This document shows positions 7,565 to 17,336 of a DNA stretch of 64,000 nucleotides, piece by piece. Positions within the stretch are counted from its first letter, which is position 1. The number at the start of each line of letters is the position of its first letter. Source of the stretch: a virus; IMG/VR virus record IMGVR_UViG_3300024346_010589, positions 18,064-82,063 of that record; one strand, 5' to 3'. The notes under the pieces were generated by a model. It was not told where the DNA came from and made no database searches. It was given only the letters and a program-made list of their open reading frames with translations. The position numbers were made by a program, and so were the translations under genes.

Positions 7565-8670
7565 TAACTAGAGGATATGATCAATGCCAGAATCACAACT
7601 ATTGCGCAAATTATCAATGGTATGTTTTTGCTTTTCTTGGGTTCTGGTTCTACAGGCTCTGGTTCTGGTTCGACAGGCTCTGGTTCTGGTTCTATGGGCT
7701 CTGGTTCAACAGGCTCTGGTTCAACAGGCTCTGGTTCAACAGGCTCTGGCTCTGGTTCTATGGGCTCTGGTTCAACAGGCTCTGGTTCAACAGGCTCTGG
7801 TTCTGGTTCGGGGTCAATTGGTTTTGGGTTAACAAACCCATCCGAAAACTCTACATAGTAAGGGCCAATAGAGTTCATGATAGAGGACTTAAATAAGGAA
7901 TCCTCCATAAAAAAGTAGCCAGAGTTTCCAAAAAATAAACCCCAACTGTTTTGAAATTCCCAGTAAAGCTTGTCGTTTATATACTTCCAACCAATGAGGC
8001 ATACCGCATGGCCACCTGCAACCTCTGATGCTAGGTATTTTTCTGTATCAACAATGCCGTCATAGCCAATGGAAAAAAAGTAATCCCTGACTTTGAATGC
8101 ATACCAAAGTGGCCGGTCAATCACCATCCTTTTAATCTCTTCTGTTTCAGAGCAGGGTATAACGTGGTAGGAGCTAATCTTTTTGAGTCCAGCGTCTTCT
8201 TTTGCTCCTTCTTTGGGGTTACTGGATTCGCTATCTATATATGGCCAAAAGCTTTCAAAGCAGCAACCTTCGTTTATTAATGCGTTAGCAGCACCCCTGA
8301 TTGATGTTCCTGAGTAATCTTCACCGGCCCATGGGTCGTATTTTTTAGCGGTCTTGTATATCCACATAGGGCTTGGCTCTTCGTTCTTGAACGCACTAGC
8401 CGAACCAAGAACAACCCTTCCGCTGTGGCCCACGCATGAACCTATTGACCCTTGGTTAGCGACGCTTACGCATAGTGATCTTCTGGAGAATTCCTTACTG
8501 TTGACACTTTCGGATTTTAAATACTCAGAGACGTGAACCCAATCTCTTTTATCTGCAGGATGTTCAGAAACATTTAATTTTTTTTCTGAAAATTTATTCT
8601 TTTTAACGTATTTAGATACTGGATTGTCTAGTAATAAGGACGCTATCGATTGTATTAGTTTTTTTCTCAT
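7564..8670 (-). CDS. Papain-like (C1) cysteine protease with Pro/Glu linker and C-terminal membrane anchor
   Basis: NQGSIGSC (oxyanion Q, catalytic C), GGHAV (H) and QNSWG..GYF (N), then PEPVE repeats and KKSK plus a hydrophobic tail. Confidence 0.9.
   Translation of the reverse strand: MRKKLIQSIASLLLDNPVSKYVKKNKFSEKKLNVSEHPADKRDWVHVSEYLKSESVNSKEFSRRSLCVSVANQGSIGSCVGHSGRVVLGSASAFKNEEPSPMWIYKTAKKYDPWAGEDYSGTSIRGAANALINEGCCFESFWPYIDSESSNPKEGAKEDAGLKKISSYHVIPCSETEEIKRMVIDRPLWYAFKVRDYFFSIGYDGIVDTEKYLASEVAGGHAVCLIGWKYINDKLYWEFQNSWGLFFGNSGYFFMEDSLFKSSIMNSIGPYYVEFSDGFVNPKPIDPEPEPEPVEPEPVEPEPIEPEPEPVEPEPVEPEPVEPEPIEPEPEPVEPEPEPVEPEPKKSKNIPLIICAIVVILALIISSS
7638..7815. repeat. Coding tandem repeat (15-bp and 6-bp units) encoding PEPVE/PE
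   Basis: Repeated ggttcaacaggctct and ggttct units. Confidence 0.9.
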
Positions 8671-8696
8671 GTATATAAATACACATTAAAGTGCAA

Positions 8697-9119
8697 TTAT
8701 ATACCATCTAAGAGGTTAACTATGTTGGGATCTATCAAGTCTTGGAAGTTTACTAGCTCGTTGATTTTAAACCAACCAAACTCACTATGTTCTTGGCATA
8801 ACTGTGGAACCACTATTTTATTGGACCTATGTATATGAAAGTAAAAATCACAATATTCATCTCTTATTACATCGATAAACTCAATAAATTTAAAGTCTAC
8901 AAATATTTTTGACTCTTCCAGTAATTCTCTTCCAGCGCACTCAATTGGAGTTTCGCCTTCATCTATTGATCCACCGAACACAGACCAGTAACCTCCGTAA
9001 GGATATGACTTTCCGGTAACATAGCACTTTTCTGACCTCTTGGCTAATAGTACCGAATTTTCAAATAGTACAGCAACGCCAGAAGCTCTTCTATTGGCAG
9101 CTTTCACATTCTCCACCAT
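8697..9119 (-). CDS. NUDIX hydrolase
   Basis: Nudix box GGSIDEGETPIECAGRELLEESKI; overlaps the end of nrdA. Confidence 0.9.
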   Translation of the reverse strand: MVENVKAANRRASGVAVLFENSVLLAKRSEKCYVTGKSYPYGGYWSVFGGSIDEGETPIECAGRELLEESKIFVDFKFIEFIDVIRDEYCDFYFHIHRSNKIVVPQLCQEHSEFGWFKINELVNFQDLIDPNIVNLLDGI

Positions 9120-11559
9120 TCTTCATCGCTTCAATACTGCAGGCGGTTTGAGAGCTAGAAGAATTTGAATCTTCGGAGGTCGACTTCTCTACCTTACTGG
9201 CGGCCCTATTCCTTAAATAGTACGTTGTCTTTAGTCCTGATTTCCAGCACTCCATATAAATGTCATTTAAGTACTTCAAGGACGTTGAGTTGTTGTATAA
9301 ATTAAAGCTAATTGCTTGGTCGAGCCATTTTTGCCTAGCTGCGTTGCATTCTATTAACTTGAACATATCCCTGTCAAAGGCGGTTTTGTATTTTTCCTTT
9401 ATCCACTGTGGGATATCGCCATTAAGTAAAGAAAGATCTCCATCAACATCCTTGACTAGCTTTGCCACCTCGGGACTCCACAAGCCTTCGTCTTTCATGT
9501 CATCAATAAAATGCTGGTTAGTGATAAAGAAGTTGCCGCTTTTATTTTCATAAACAAAGAGTACGGAAAAGTTGGGCTCAATGCTTTGCTCTACTCCGTT
9601 AATATAACCTATGGTTGCAGTTGGCGCAATAGCCATAACATTAGAGTTTCTCATACCGAATTCAGAAACATGTCGCCTTGAGATCTCCCACTCGTCTTTC
9701 TTGGTTTCACCATTACCAGATGGCGTTTGGCCCTTGTAGGACATTAGGTTATTGTAGGAATCAATTGGGAAAATATTTTGACTCCATAGTGAGCCTTCAT
9801 AAGTTTCATAGGATCCTCTTTCCTTAGCCAGTATGGAGCTAGCGTATATGGATTGGCAAGAATAAAACTCAAACAATTCATCATTGAATTTAATAGATTC
9901 ATCGCTATCAATATTAATATTTAATTTATGAAGCACGTCGTGTATCGCCATCATGCCTAGACCTATAGGGCGATTTTTCAGATTTGAGTTAGCAGCTTCC
10001 TTTGTTGGATAAAAGTTGATATCAATAACATTATCAAGCATTCTTACAGCTGTATGTATTGTTGATTTCAGTTTATCGTAATTAACAAAATAACCAGACT
10101 TGCCGTGCGTGGACTTCTCCTCCACATGGTTGAGTAGATTTATTGATCCTAAGTTGCATACAGCAGTCTCTCCAATTTCAGTCTTCTCGCCGGATTTATA
10201 TTTAGAGGCTTTAGTGTGGAGTGTTATTTCTGTGCATAGATTACTACTATGGACAACTCCTTCATGCTGATTGGTGTATCTTATATTGCACGGATCCTTG
10301 AAGGTACACCAAGGATGTGATGTCTCAAATAATACCTTGAGCATTTTTTTCCACAACTCTTTTGCTGGGGTTTTTCTGAAGTTTTTAACATTTCCGTCTT
10401 CTGCTGATTGGCACATTGCGTTATACTTATTGTCAAAGTCTTCGCCGAAGGAATCATGTAGACTTACTTCACTATCAATGAGCTTTTCGTTTGGGTCAAA
10501 GAAATACCAATCTTCATTAGCTTCAACTTTCCTCATAAAGATATCTGGAATCCATGAAGCAGTATTCATATCGTGACACCTAAGTCTATCGTCACCAGTA
10601 TTTCTTCTTAAGTTTAAGAAGTCCTCAAAGTCTAAATGCCAAGGTTCTAGGTATGCGCAACCTGCACCTGGGCGCTTTCCGCCTTGGTTTACGGCAACCA
10701 GCAAGTCGTTGTAAATTTTCAACCATGGAATTAAACCTCCAGAAGTTCCATTTGTTCCCTTGATGTGGGAGCCTGAAGACCTAAATGGAGTTACATCAAA
10801 ACCTAAACCACCAGCAAACTTGGATTTTCTAGCTTCTTGCCAGGCCCCATCAAATATACCATCAATACTATCATCAAAAGTATTAAGGTAACAAGAGCTA
10901 AGCTGTGAGTGTGTTGTACCGCTGTTGAATAGTGTGGGAGTAGAGGCTGTGTATAAAAATTGACTGAACAGATTGTAGAACTCTATTGCTTTTTCGTTTT
11001 TATCTTCTTCGTTGATGGCTAGACCCATTGCAACTCTCATCCAGAAAGCTTGAGGAGTTTCCATTATTTTCTTTTCACTTCTTATGAAGTAACGATCAAA
11101 TAGTATCTGGATTCCTAAGTATTTAAACTTCTTGTCTCTGTCTATCTTTAGCGCCTCTGAGAGTTTAGCAAAATCAAATCCAAGTAATCTTTCGTCTAGC
11201 ATTTCCTGCTTTACTAATTTTTTAATGTTCTGTATGAAGCTTTTTCTATATTGTGACTGGAAAGCTTCTGAGTCAACCCCCTCTTTGAATACTTCTTTGT
11301 ATAAGCAGTTTAATAGTAAACCTGCAGCAGCGTAAGAATAGTTTGGCTCTTTTTCTATTTTTTCTCTAGCAGATAAAACCAAAGCTTTGTCTATTTCGAT
11401 AGTAGTTATTTTATCAAATAATTGCAACTGTGCATCTAGTACTATCTCGCTTGGAGAAACGTTGTCTATGTCACTGCACGCTCTTAATGCGCTGGCGTTT
11501 ATTTTATCTACTTCAAATTCTTCTAGGCGGCCGTTTCTTTTCTTAACTTTAATATTCAT
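9091..11559 (-). CDS. nrdA: Ribonucleotide reductase class I alpha subunit with N-terminal ATP cone
   Basis: VKKRNG ATP cone, TPTLFN, LSSCYL, SNLCTEI, CNLGS, APTA, KTTYYLR and C-terminal CESCQ. Confidence 0.97.
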   Translation of the reverse strand: MNIKVKKRNGRLEEFEVDKINASALRACSDIDNVSPSEIVLDAQLQLFDKITTIEIDKALVLSAREKIEKEPNYSYAAAGLLLNCLYKEVFKEGVDSEAFQSQYRKSFIQNIKKLVKQEMLDERLLGFDFAKLSEALKIDRDKKFKYLGIQILFDRYFIRSEKKIMETPQAFWMRVAMGLAINEEDKNEKAIEFYNLFSQFLYTASTPTLFNSGTTHSQLSSCYLNTFDDSIDGIFDGAWQEARKSKFAGGLGFDVTPFRSSGSHIKGTNGTSGGLIPWLKIYNDLLVAVNQGGKRPGAGCAYLEPWHLDFEDFLNLRRNTGDDRLRCHDMNTASWIPDIFMRKVEANEDWYFFDPNEKLIDSEVSLHDSFGEDFDNKYNAMCQSAEDGNVKNFRKTPAKELWKKMLKVLFETSHPWCTFKDPCNIRYTNQHEGVVHSSNLCTEITLHTKASKYKSGEKTEIGETAVCNLGSINLLNHVEEKSTHGKSGYFVNYDKLKSTIHTAVRMLDNVIDINFYPTKEAANSNLKNRPIGLGMMAIHDVLHKLNINIDSDESIKFNDELFEFYSCQSIYASSILAKERGSYETYEGSLWSQNIFPIDSYNNLMSYKGQTPSGNGETKKDEWEISRRHVSEFGMRNSNVMAIAPTATIGYINGVEQSIEPNFSVLFVYENKSGNFFITNQHFIDDMKDEGLWSPEVAKLVKDVDGDLSLLNGDIPQWIKEKYKTAFDRDMFKLIECNAARQKWLDQAISFNLYNNSTSLKYLNDIYMECWKSGLKTTYYLRNRAASKVEKSTSEDSNSSSSQTACSIEAMKNGGECESCQ

Positions 11560-11624
11560 GAAATTGTTTTTACACTAAGGGGTTGTGTTGTTTTATAAAA
11601 AATGTAAGTTTTGCTAAAGAAAAC

Positions 11625-11653
11625 ATACTAACATAAAAAAACGTGTAGATCAA
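11625..11653 (-). promoter_or_regulatory. sigma70-type promoter of nrdA
   Basis: TTGATC-17 nt-TAGTAT with an extended -10 TG. Confidence 0.5.
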
Positions 11654-11673
11654 GTAAAAACGAAAATAATTTA

Positions 11674-11729
11674 TTAACAATAAGAGAACCAAGGATGAAT
11701 GTGGGAATCCCTAGTGTGCTTATTGTTAA
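11674..11729 (-). ncRNA. Structured RNA hairpin, copy 2 (between the ugd-like gene and the nrdA promoter)
   Basis: Perfect 11-bp stem TTAACAATAAG/CTTATTGTTAA, a 3x3 internal loop, a 9-bp stem ACTAGGGAT/ATCCTTGGT with two G-U pairs, and loop TCCCACATTC. Confidence 0.55.
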
Positions 11730-11731
11730 AT

Positions 11732-12589
11732 TTATGAATCGCTATTGTCTACGGCAGAAGTTGAGTTTCCCCAGTCCAGGTCTTTTCTTACGTCTAGATT
11801 AACTGACCATGCTGATTTTAAAAGTTTCGCATCTAACCCATTTTTCTCAAAGGTGGATATTAATGCATTAATGTCTTTTGGAAAGCATGTGCCGCCAAAA
11901 CCTTTGTCTCCGTCGTGACCGGGAACTTGATAGTGGGACTCACCTATTCTTTTGTCGCTAATAACTCCATTAATAATAGAGTCCCAATCTAATCCAAGTT
12001 TATCAATCAGCAAGTGTATCTCATTGAAAAAACTAACCTTGGTAGCAAAGAAACAATTAGCGATATACTTTACAGATTCAGACTCAACGCTTTTCATTAT
12101 AAGGCATGGCACATCAGGGAAATTGTATTTGAATAAGCCAGCAGCTTCCTGTGCGACGTGCTGGTATTTAGTGTAGCCTATTATGTGCCTATCTGCATTA
12201 ATGAAATCTTCTTTTGCTAATTTAGCGGTAAGAAATTCTGGGGAATGGATTATATGTAATTCCGGATGCGCTTCCTGTAGGCTGTCGGTTGTCCCAATTG
12301 GAACAGTTGATTTTATTATGAAGGTGGCGTTAGATCCAATAGATTTAATTTCGCTAAAGCAGGATTCTATAATTGATAGATTGCAGTCATCTCCCATAAC
12401 ATCCCTCATTGGTGTTGGGACGCATATGAAAACAAAGTCCTGAAGTATTACATCTCTAAGCGAGTGAGTCGAGGAGTTTGGATTTTTATCATACACCTTT
12501 ACTTCTTCGGACGAAAATCCGTTGGCGACTGCAGAACCAACGAAGCCATTCCCTATAACTCCGATTTTAATTTGGTCTGTTCTTTTCAA
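11732..12589 (-). CDS. UDP-glucose/GDP-mannose 6-dehydrogenase family, lacking the C-terminal domain
   Basis: GVIGNGFVG, ICVPTP, IKSTVPIG, SPEFL, KYIAN and GFGGTCFPKD; only 285 aa. Confidence 0.88.
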   Translation of the reverse strand: MKRTDQIKIGVIGNGFVGSAVANGFSSEEVKVYDKNPNSSTHSLRDVILQDFVFICVPTPMRDVMGDDCNLSIIESCFSEIKSIGSNATFIIKSTVPIGTTDSLQEAHPELHIIHSPEFLTAKLAKEDFINADRHIIGYTKYQHVAQEAAGLFKYNFPDVPCLIMKSVESESVKYIANCFFATKVSFFNEIHLLIDKLGLDWDSIINGVISDKRIGESHYQVPGHDGDKGFGGTCFPKDINALISTFEKNGLDAKLLKSAWSVNLDVRKDLDWGNSTSAVDNSDS

Positions 12590-13478
12590 TCCAATCTTCT
12601 ATTTTACGAGATGGATTCCATCCGAGCATAGTTTTAGCCTTAGTGTTGTCTGCAAGAGTTTCTCTTGACTCTCCTGGTCTTGCCGGGATATGAACGTGCT
12701 CACCTCCAGTTAATTTAACCAAGTCTAAGACTGAATGATTTGTGCCAGTTCCGAGGTTGAAAAGCTCTCCCACGATTTTCTTGTCATGCGATTCTCCAGC
12801 CAGAAACATCGCCTCGACTATGTCTTTGACATGAGTGTAGTCTCTAGTTTGAAGGCCATCTCCGACAACAGTCATTGCTTCGCCCGATTCTTTTTGCCTA
12901 AAGAATAAGCCGACAACTGGCGCGTAATCTCCAGCTAAAGGCTGACGCTCGCCATAGACGTTAAAGAATCTAAATAGAACAGTTTGTAGCCCAAAAAGTT
13001 TTGTATACATTTTGCAAAGCTCTTCACAGTTAGACTTGCTTACAGAATATGGGTTTAAGCAATCATTCGGCATATCCTCTCTTAGGGGAATTGGGTTTTT
13101 GAGCCCATAGCAAGAAGATGTTCCTGCGAACATTACTTTTTTGCAATCATTTAATCTTGCGGCCTGAAGAACGTTGCAGGTTCCTAGTGAGTTGTTCTTG
13201 ACAGCATCAGCTGGATCCTGTACGCAAATTTGTATCCTGGACCTAGCAGCTAAATGAAAAACCAAGTCAACACCCTTGAAGAGTGGATTAAGTTTCTCAA
13301 AATCACAGATATCTACTTTGTGGTTTTCGCAATCATCTCTCCATGTGAAATTAGAATTTGCTGTGGAGGATTCATCATCAACCACGATAACATCGTGTCC
13401 GGCTTTAAGTAATCTTTCAACAAGATGGCCGCCAATAAATCCGGCACCACCTGTAACTAAACATTTTTTCTTTGACAT
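12567..13478 (-). CDS. NAD-dependent nucleotide-sugar epimerase/dehydratase (extended SDR)
   Basis: TGGAGFIG, HLAA, YSVSK (YxxxK), FNVYG and GDGLQTRDY. Confidence 0.9.
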   Translation of the reverse strand: MSKKKCLVTGGAGFIGGHLVERLLKAGHDVIVVDDESSTANSNFTWRDDCENHKVDICDFEKLNPLFKGVDLVFHLAARSRIQICVQDPADAVKNNSLGTCNVLQAARLNDCKKVMFAGTSSCYGLKNPIPLREDMPNDCLNPYSVSKSNCEELCKMYTKLFGLQTVLFRFFNVYGERQPLAGDYAPVVGLFFRQKESGEAMTVVGDGLQTRDYTHVKDIVEAMFLAGESHDKKIVGELFNLGTGTNHSVLDLVKLTGGEHVHIPARPGESRETLADNTKAKTMLGWNPSRKIEDWIEKNRPN

Positions 13479-13486
13479 AATTAATG

Positions 13487-14452
13487 TTACACTTGATCGC
13501 AGTCAATATTTAAATTTTCTAGATACCATTTGTATGTTTTAACTATCCCATCCTTTAATGTGACTTTTGGCGAAAATCCTTTTGATTTAATTCTTGTGTT
13601 GTCCATTTTTTTTCTAAAAGTTCCGTCCGGCTTAGAGCTGTCAAATACTATTTCTCCATCATAGCCGATTGCGTCTTTGATCAAATGCACTAATTCTAAT
13701 ATCGTAACCTCGTGTTCTGATCCACAATTTATATGGGAAACGCCATCGCTATATATGTCCTCTGCGTTTATGTTCTCCATGCAATGGATAACGCCATCAG
13801 CCAAATCTTCGACATATAAAAATTCACGTAGGGGCTTGCCAGATCCCCATACTTCTATTGATTTATCGCCTTTTTCTTTTGCGCAATGTATTTTGTTTAT
13901 TAAAGCAGGCAGGACATGCGAACTCTTTAGATCAAAATTATCCCTAGGGCCGTATAGATTGCACGGCATTACCGAGTAAAAGTTGCAACCATATTGATCG
14001 TAGAAGCTTTCGCACATTTTGAGCGCCGCTATTTTAGCTATAGCATAGGGCTCATTGGTATGTTCGAGTGGACCGGTTAACAAGTATTCTTCTTTAATTG
14101 GTATGTCTGCATGCTTTGGATATATGCATGAAGAACCTAAGTTGATTAACTTCCTGACTCCGAACTTTTGCGCAGCCTTTATTATTGTTGATGAAATTTG
14201 TAAATTATCATAAAGGAAGTCTGCTCTGTATGTATTGTTGGCCAGAATTCCGCCAACTTTAGCCGCGCAAAGAATTACTGTGTCAATTTTTTCATCCCTA
14301 AAGAAGTCCAAAACCTTATGTTTATTCATTAGGTTCATCTCTTGCCTGGTTCTTGTTACAATATTGGAATAGTTTGAGCGTTGAAGCTTGCCAAGTATAG
14401 AAGAACCGACCATTCCGCGATGGCCAGCTATGAATATTTTTTCTTGCTTCAC
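13487..14452 (-). CDS. fcl: GDP-L-fucose synthase
   Basis: AGHRGMVGS, AAKVGGILAN, LGSSCIYPK, NEPYAIAK, SHVLPAL and WGSGKPLREF. Confidence 0.95.
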   Translation of the reverse strand: MKQEKIFIAGHRGMVGSSILGKLQRSNYSNIVTRTRQEMNLMNKHKVLDFFRDEKIDTVILCAAKVGGILANNTYRADFLYDNLQISSTIIKAAQKFGVRKLINLGSSCIYPKHADIPIKEEYLLTGPLEHTNEPYAIAKIAALKMCESFYDQYGCNFYSVMPCNLYGPRDNFDLKSSHVLPALINKIHCAKEKGDKSIEVWGSGKPLREFLYVEDLADGVIHCMENINAEDIYSDGVSHINCGSEHEVTILELVHLIKDAIGYDGEIVFDSSKPDGTFRKKMDNTRIKSKGFSPKVTLKDGIVKTYKWYLENLNIDCDQV

Positions 14453-15480
14453 TTAGACAATAACGAATAATCGTTATGGTACATCTTAGAGACAAGCCCA
14501 AAGAAGTCTACTTTCCTGACCCAGCCAAGTTCCTTTTCAGCAAGAGAGCAGTCTCCGCAAAGCTTGTGGACTTCAGCTGGCCTGTAGTATTTTGAGCTAA
14601 CCTCAAAGAATAACTTACCCTTTTTTGTGTAAAATTTTTCATTATCATCTTGGCCCTCAGAGTAGAAATCTATTTCTGCGAACTCTAAAGTCTTGGTTAG
14701 GAATTCTCTTACAGTGTGCATTTCCCCGCTACCCAATACGTAATTCTTAGGCTTGTCTTGGTTGAGCATGATCCACACTCCAGACATAAAATCTTCGGCA
14801 TCACTCCAGTCTCTCTTGGCGTCAAGGTTGCCTAGTTGAAGAATAGGTATATCTTTTCCATTTTCTAGAGCAATTTTAATTTTTGCTATACTGTGGCTGA
14901 TTTTTCTGGTTACAAAGTCAAGGCCTCGACGAGTGCCTTCATGATTAAATAGCCAACCCTGTACTGCGTATAAATTGTAAGACTCCCTGTAGACCCTGAC
15001 AATGTGCCTGGCCGCGCACTTGGCGGCACCATAGGGAGATTGTGGTCTTAGTGGGTGGTTCTCATCTTGAGGAACACACACTACATCTCCGAATTCTTCA
15101 GATGATCCAGCATTATAAAATCTGCATTCCGGAGCAAATCTTCTTATGGATTCCATGATATGCAGAACCGCATCAGCATCAGTATCCCATGTCTGGATTG
15201 GGTAATCCCAGCTTCCAGCTACGAAAGATTGAGCTGCAAAATTAATAAAATAGTCTGGCTTAATGTCTAGTATTACATCCCGAATGCTGTGCGCATCATT
15301 GAGGTCCATATTGATTAGCTCAAATCTAGGATTGTCTTCTAGGTGCAAGATATTCTCGTGGTTTTTAACGCTCAGCCTACGTACCGAACCATAAATTTTA
15401 TGATCAGTGTTCTTTAATAAATAGTCAGCCATGTGACTTCCGTCTTGACCTGTTACTCCTGTTATAATTATTTTTTTCAT
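14449..15480 (-). CDS. gmd: GDP-mannose 4,6-dehydratase
   Basis: ITGVTGQDGS, AAQSFV, SSEEFG, SPYGAAK, FNHE, FVTRKI, LGNLDAKRDW and RPAEV. Confidence 0.95.
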   Translation of the reverse strand: MKKIIITGVTGQDGSHMADYLLKNTDHKIYGSVRRLSVKNHENILHLEDNPRFELINMDLNDAHSIRDVILDIKPDYFINFAAQSFVAGSWDYPIQTWDTDADAVLHIMESIRRFAPECRFYNAGSSEEFGDVVCVPQDENHPLRPQSPYGAAKCAARHIVRVYRESYNLYAVQGWLFNHEGTRRGLDFVTRKISHSIAKIKIALENGKDIPILQLGNLDAKRDWSDAEDFMSGVWIMLNQDKPKNYVLGSGEMHTVREFLTKTLEFAEIDFYSEGQDDNEKFYTKKGKLFFEVSSKYYRPAEVHKLCGDCSLAEKELGWVRKVDFFGLVSKMYHNDYSLLSK

Positions 15481-15483
15481 AAA

Positions 15484-15792
15484 TTAATATGTTTTGTGCT
15501 TTCTTTGTATGAATTTTACTGAATCTAATTCTTCTCCCGCCATATACGAATGAATTATTTCAATGATTTTTTCGTCAACTTCATCTATTAGCTGATTTCT
15601 TTGAACATTCAGGTCGCAGCACTTCTTTAAAGATTGCCATAAGTTCTCTGCGCCTTCTTTATTGTCGAAGTATTTTTCCTTGTACTCATCAAAGGACATG
15701 CGCCTAATTTCATAAAGTAATTCTTGGTTATTCCACATTTTTAAATCAACCGTGGAGAGTTTATCTATTAATGATCCTAGTGTATCTGACAT
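15484..15792 (-). CDS. Small helical protein, DUF4254-like
   Basis: TLGSLIDKLS..LKMW and LNVQRNQLIDEVD patterns. Confidence 0.55.
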   Translation of the reverse strand: MSDTLGSLIDKLSTVDLKMWNNQELLYEIRRMSFDEYKEKYFDNKEGAENLWQSLKKCCDLNVQRNQLIDEVDEKIIEIIHSYMAGEELDSVKFIQRKHKTY

Positions 15793-15808
15793 AGTTGTTG
15801 TTGAGTTA

Positions 15809-16921
15809 TTAGATTAAATCGTTTTTATCTGCCCAGTTTTGGAAAACTAAAGAATTGTATGCAATAATTCTATCACAAATTTCATCAATCTCTTCGTTTT
15901 TTAAAAAAATATGAGAAGGGAATACGGCAATTTGATTTTGCAATATATCTGAATTAGTGTGGGAACCCTTTAGGGATAAGTGTGTGTGTTTATCGTAAGA
16001 ATAAAACATAGGTCTAGTCTCAATATTGTTAGATTTAAAAAAATGACTAGATTTAGCAAATGATTTAGCGCAATGAAACCTAACCCCAATCATCCACATT
16101 GAATGATCGCAGCCATCTTCCGCCGATTGCAGCGATAGGAAGGTTTGATTTTTTAAGTTTTGCGAATAACGATCAAATACCCTTTTCTTTTCGCTATATA
16201 TGTATTCATATTCTTCTAGTTGGCCTAGTAGTAAACCAGCTTGAATGTTGGTCATTCTGTAGTTATAGCCTAATTCGTCATGGATGTATCTGGTTGATGT
16301 TTGGCCTTGACCATGAATCTTGAGGGCAAATTCATAAACATCCTTCTCGTTAGTTAAGAATGCTCCTCCTTCTCCGCTAGTTATATTTTTATTTCCAAAA
16401 AACGAAAGAGACGAGCAAAAACTCTTTGATCCAGAAGGGTTACCTTCATATTTACCAAAAAAACCTTCGCAATTATCTTCAATAATCGGAGAATTGTGAT
16501 TTTTTAATAACTTTGGAACATTTATAATCCCCCCGAGATTATGAACGGCCATGATTGCTGAATTTTTATTTAATTTTATTTTATCAATTGACATATTCCA
16601 TGTGTCAATGTCTAGGTCGATGGCAACAATGTTTTTGTAACCTTCATAGATTAAAGAATTGTATGCTGCGATATAACAAGCGCTTGGAACTAAAACCTCA
16701 TCAATATTTGGGAAAAATTTCTTTAAAGATATAGCGGTAAGGTGAGTAGCTGAGGTTCCACTGTTTACAGGGAGTGCATATTTTACTCCAAGTTTTTCGC
16801 CTAAAAGTCTTGAGCTTTTTTCTGGATAATCACCTAGGGAAGAAATCCAACCGCTATCAATAGCTTCTTTGGCGTACTCTAAGCTTTTCCTGGGTAGATA
16901 GGGCTCGTAGATTTTATGCAT
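15809..16921 (-). CDS. DegT/DnrJ/EryC1/StrS PLP aminotransferase, perosamine synthase-like
   Basis: SGWISS, NSGTSATH, IIEDNCE, SFFGNKNITSGEGG (PLP Lys), GYNYRMTNIQA and IETRP. Confidence 0.9.
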   Translation of the reverse strand: MHKIYEPYLPRKSLEYAKEAIDSGWISSLGDYPEKSSRLLGEKLGVKYALPVNSGTSATHLTAISLKKFFPNIDEVLVPSACYIAAYNSLIYEGYKNIVAIDLDIDTWNMSIDKIKLNKNSAIMAVHNLGGIINVPKLLKNHNSPIIEDNCEGFFGKYEGNPSGSKSFCSSLSFFGNKNITSGEGGAFLTNEKDVYEFALKIHGQGQTSTRYIHDELGYNYRMTNIQAGLLLGQLEEYEYIYSEKKRVFDRYSQNLKNQTFLSLQSAEDGCDHSMWMIGVRFHCAKSFAKSSHFFKSNNIETRPMFYSYDKHTHLSLKGSHTNSDILQNQIAVFPSHIFLKNEEIDEICDRIIAYNSLVFQNWADKNDLI

Positions 16922-17330
16922 AACTTTTCTTCATATAAATAATAATAGAATTAGATTTAATAATTTCAAATCCAAATTTTAAATATAATTTTTGCCCCGC
17001 TATATTAGCTGTGTCAACCGATAGATATATATCCTCAGATGAATCTTCTAGGAGTTCTCTCATTATTTTTTTTCCAAAACCCTTTCCGGTGAAATCTTTA
17101 AGTAATGCAATTCCTAACCATATTTTTTTATCAGATCGGTCTCTGTCTAAATGACCGTAACCTATGGGCTTCGAGTGATCAACCAATAAAATGGTTTTCT
17201 CATGATTTGGTAAGCAAGAATCTAAATCCCTAGACTCAAAGTAACGAAACGTGTTAGAAGAAGCACCCAGTTTGGATATAAAAATTTTTAATAAAGAAGT
17301 GTCCCTGGTGTCTACATGCGTGAAGTTCAT
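16914..17330 (-). CDS. GNAT N-acetyltransferase
   Basis: WLGIALLKDFTGKGFGKKIM (motif A) and N..GQKLYLKFGF. Confidence 0.85.
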   Translation of the reverse strand: MNFTHVDTRDTSLLKIFISKLGASSNTFRYFESRDLDSCLPNHEKTILLVDHSKPIGYGHLDRDRSDKKIWLGIALLKDFTGKGFGKKIMRELLEDSSEDIYLSVDTANIAGQKLYLKFGFEIIKSNSIIIYMKKSYA

Positions 17331-17336
17331 AAAAAA

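Noticed and set aside
7638-7815. Possible CRISPR array
   Set aside because: Tandem in-frame coding repeat with no unique spacers and no cas genes.
7577-7858. Gly/Ser-repeat and QALV-repeat ORFs on the plus strand
   Set aside because: Reverse-frame readings of the PEPVE linker repeat.
9091-11559. Intein or intron in nrdA or nrdB
   Set aside because: Both have normal length and continuous motifs.
11570-11590. NrdR box upstream of nrdA (ACAC..GTGT)
   Set aside because: Spacing and core do not fit the 16-bp NrdR consensus; better explained by the GTGTA motif.
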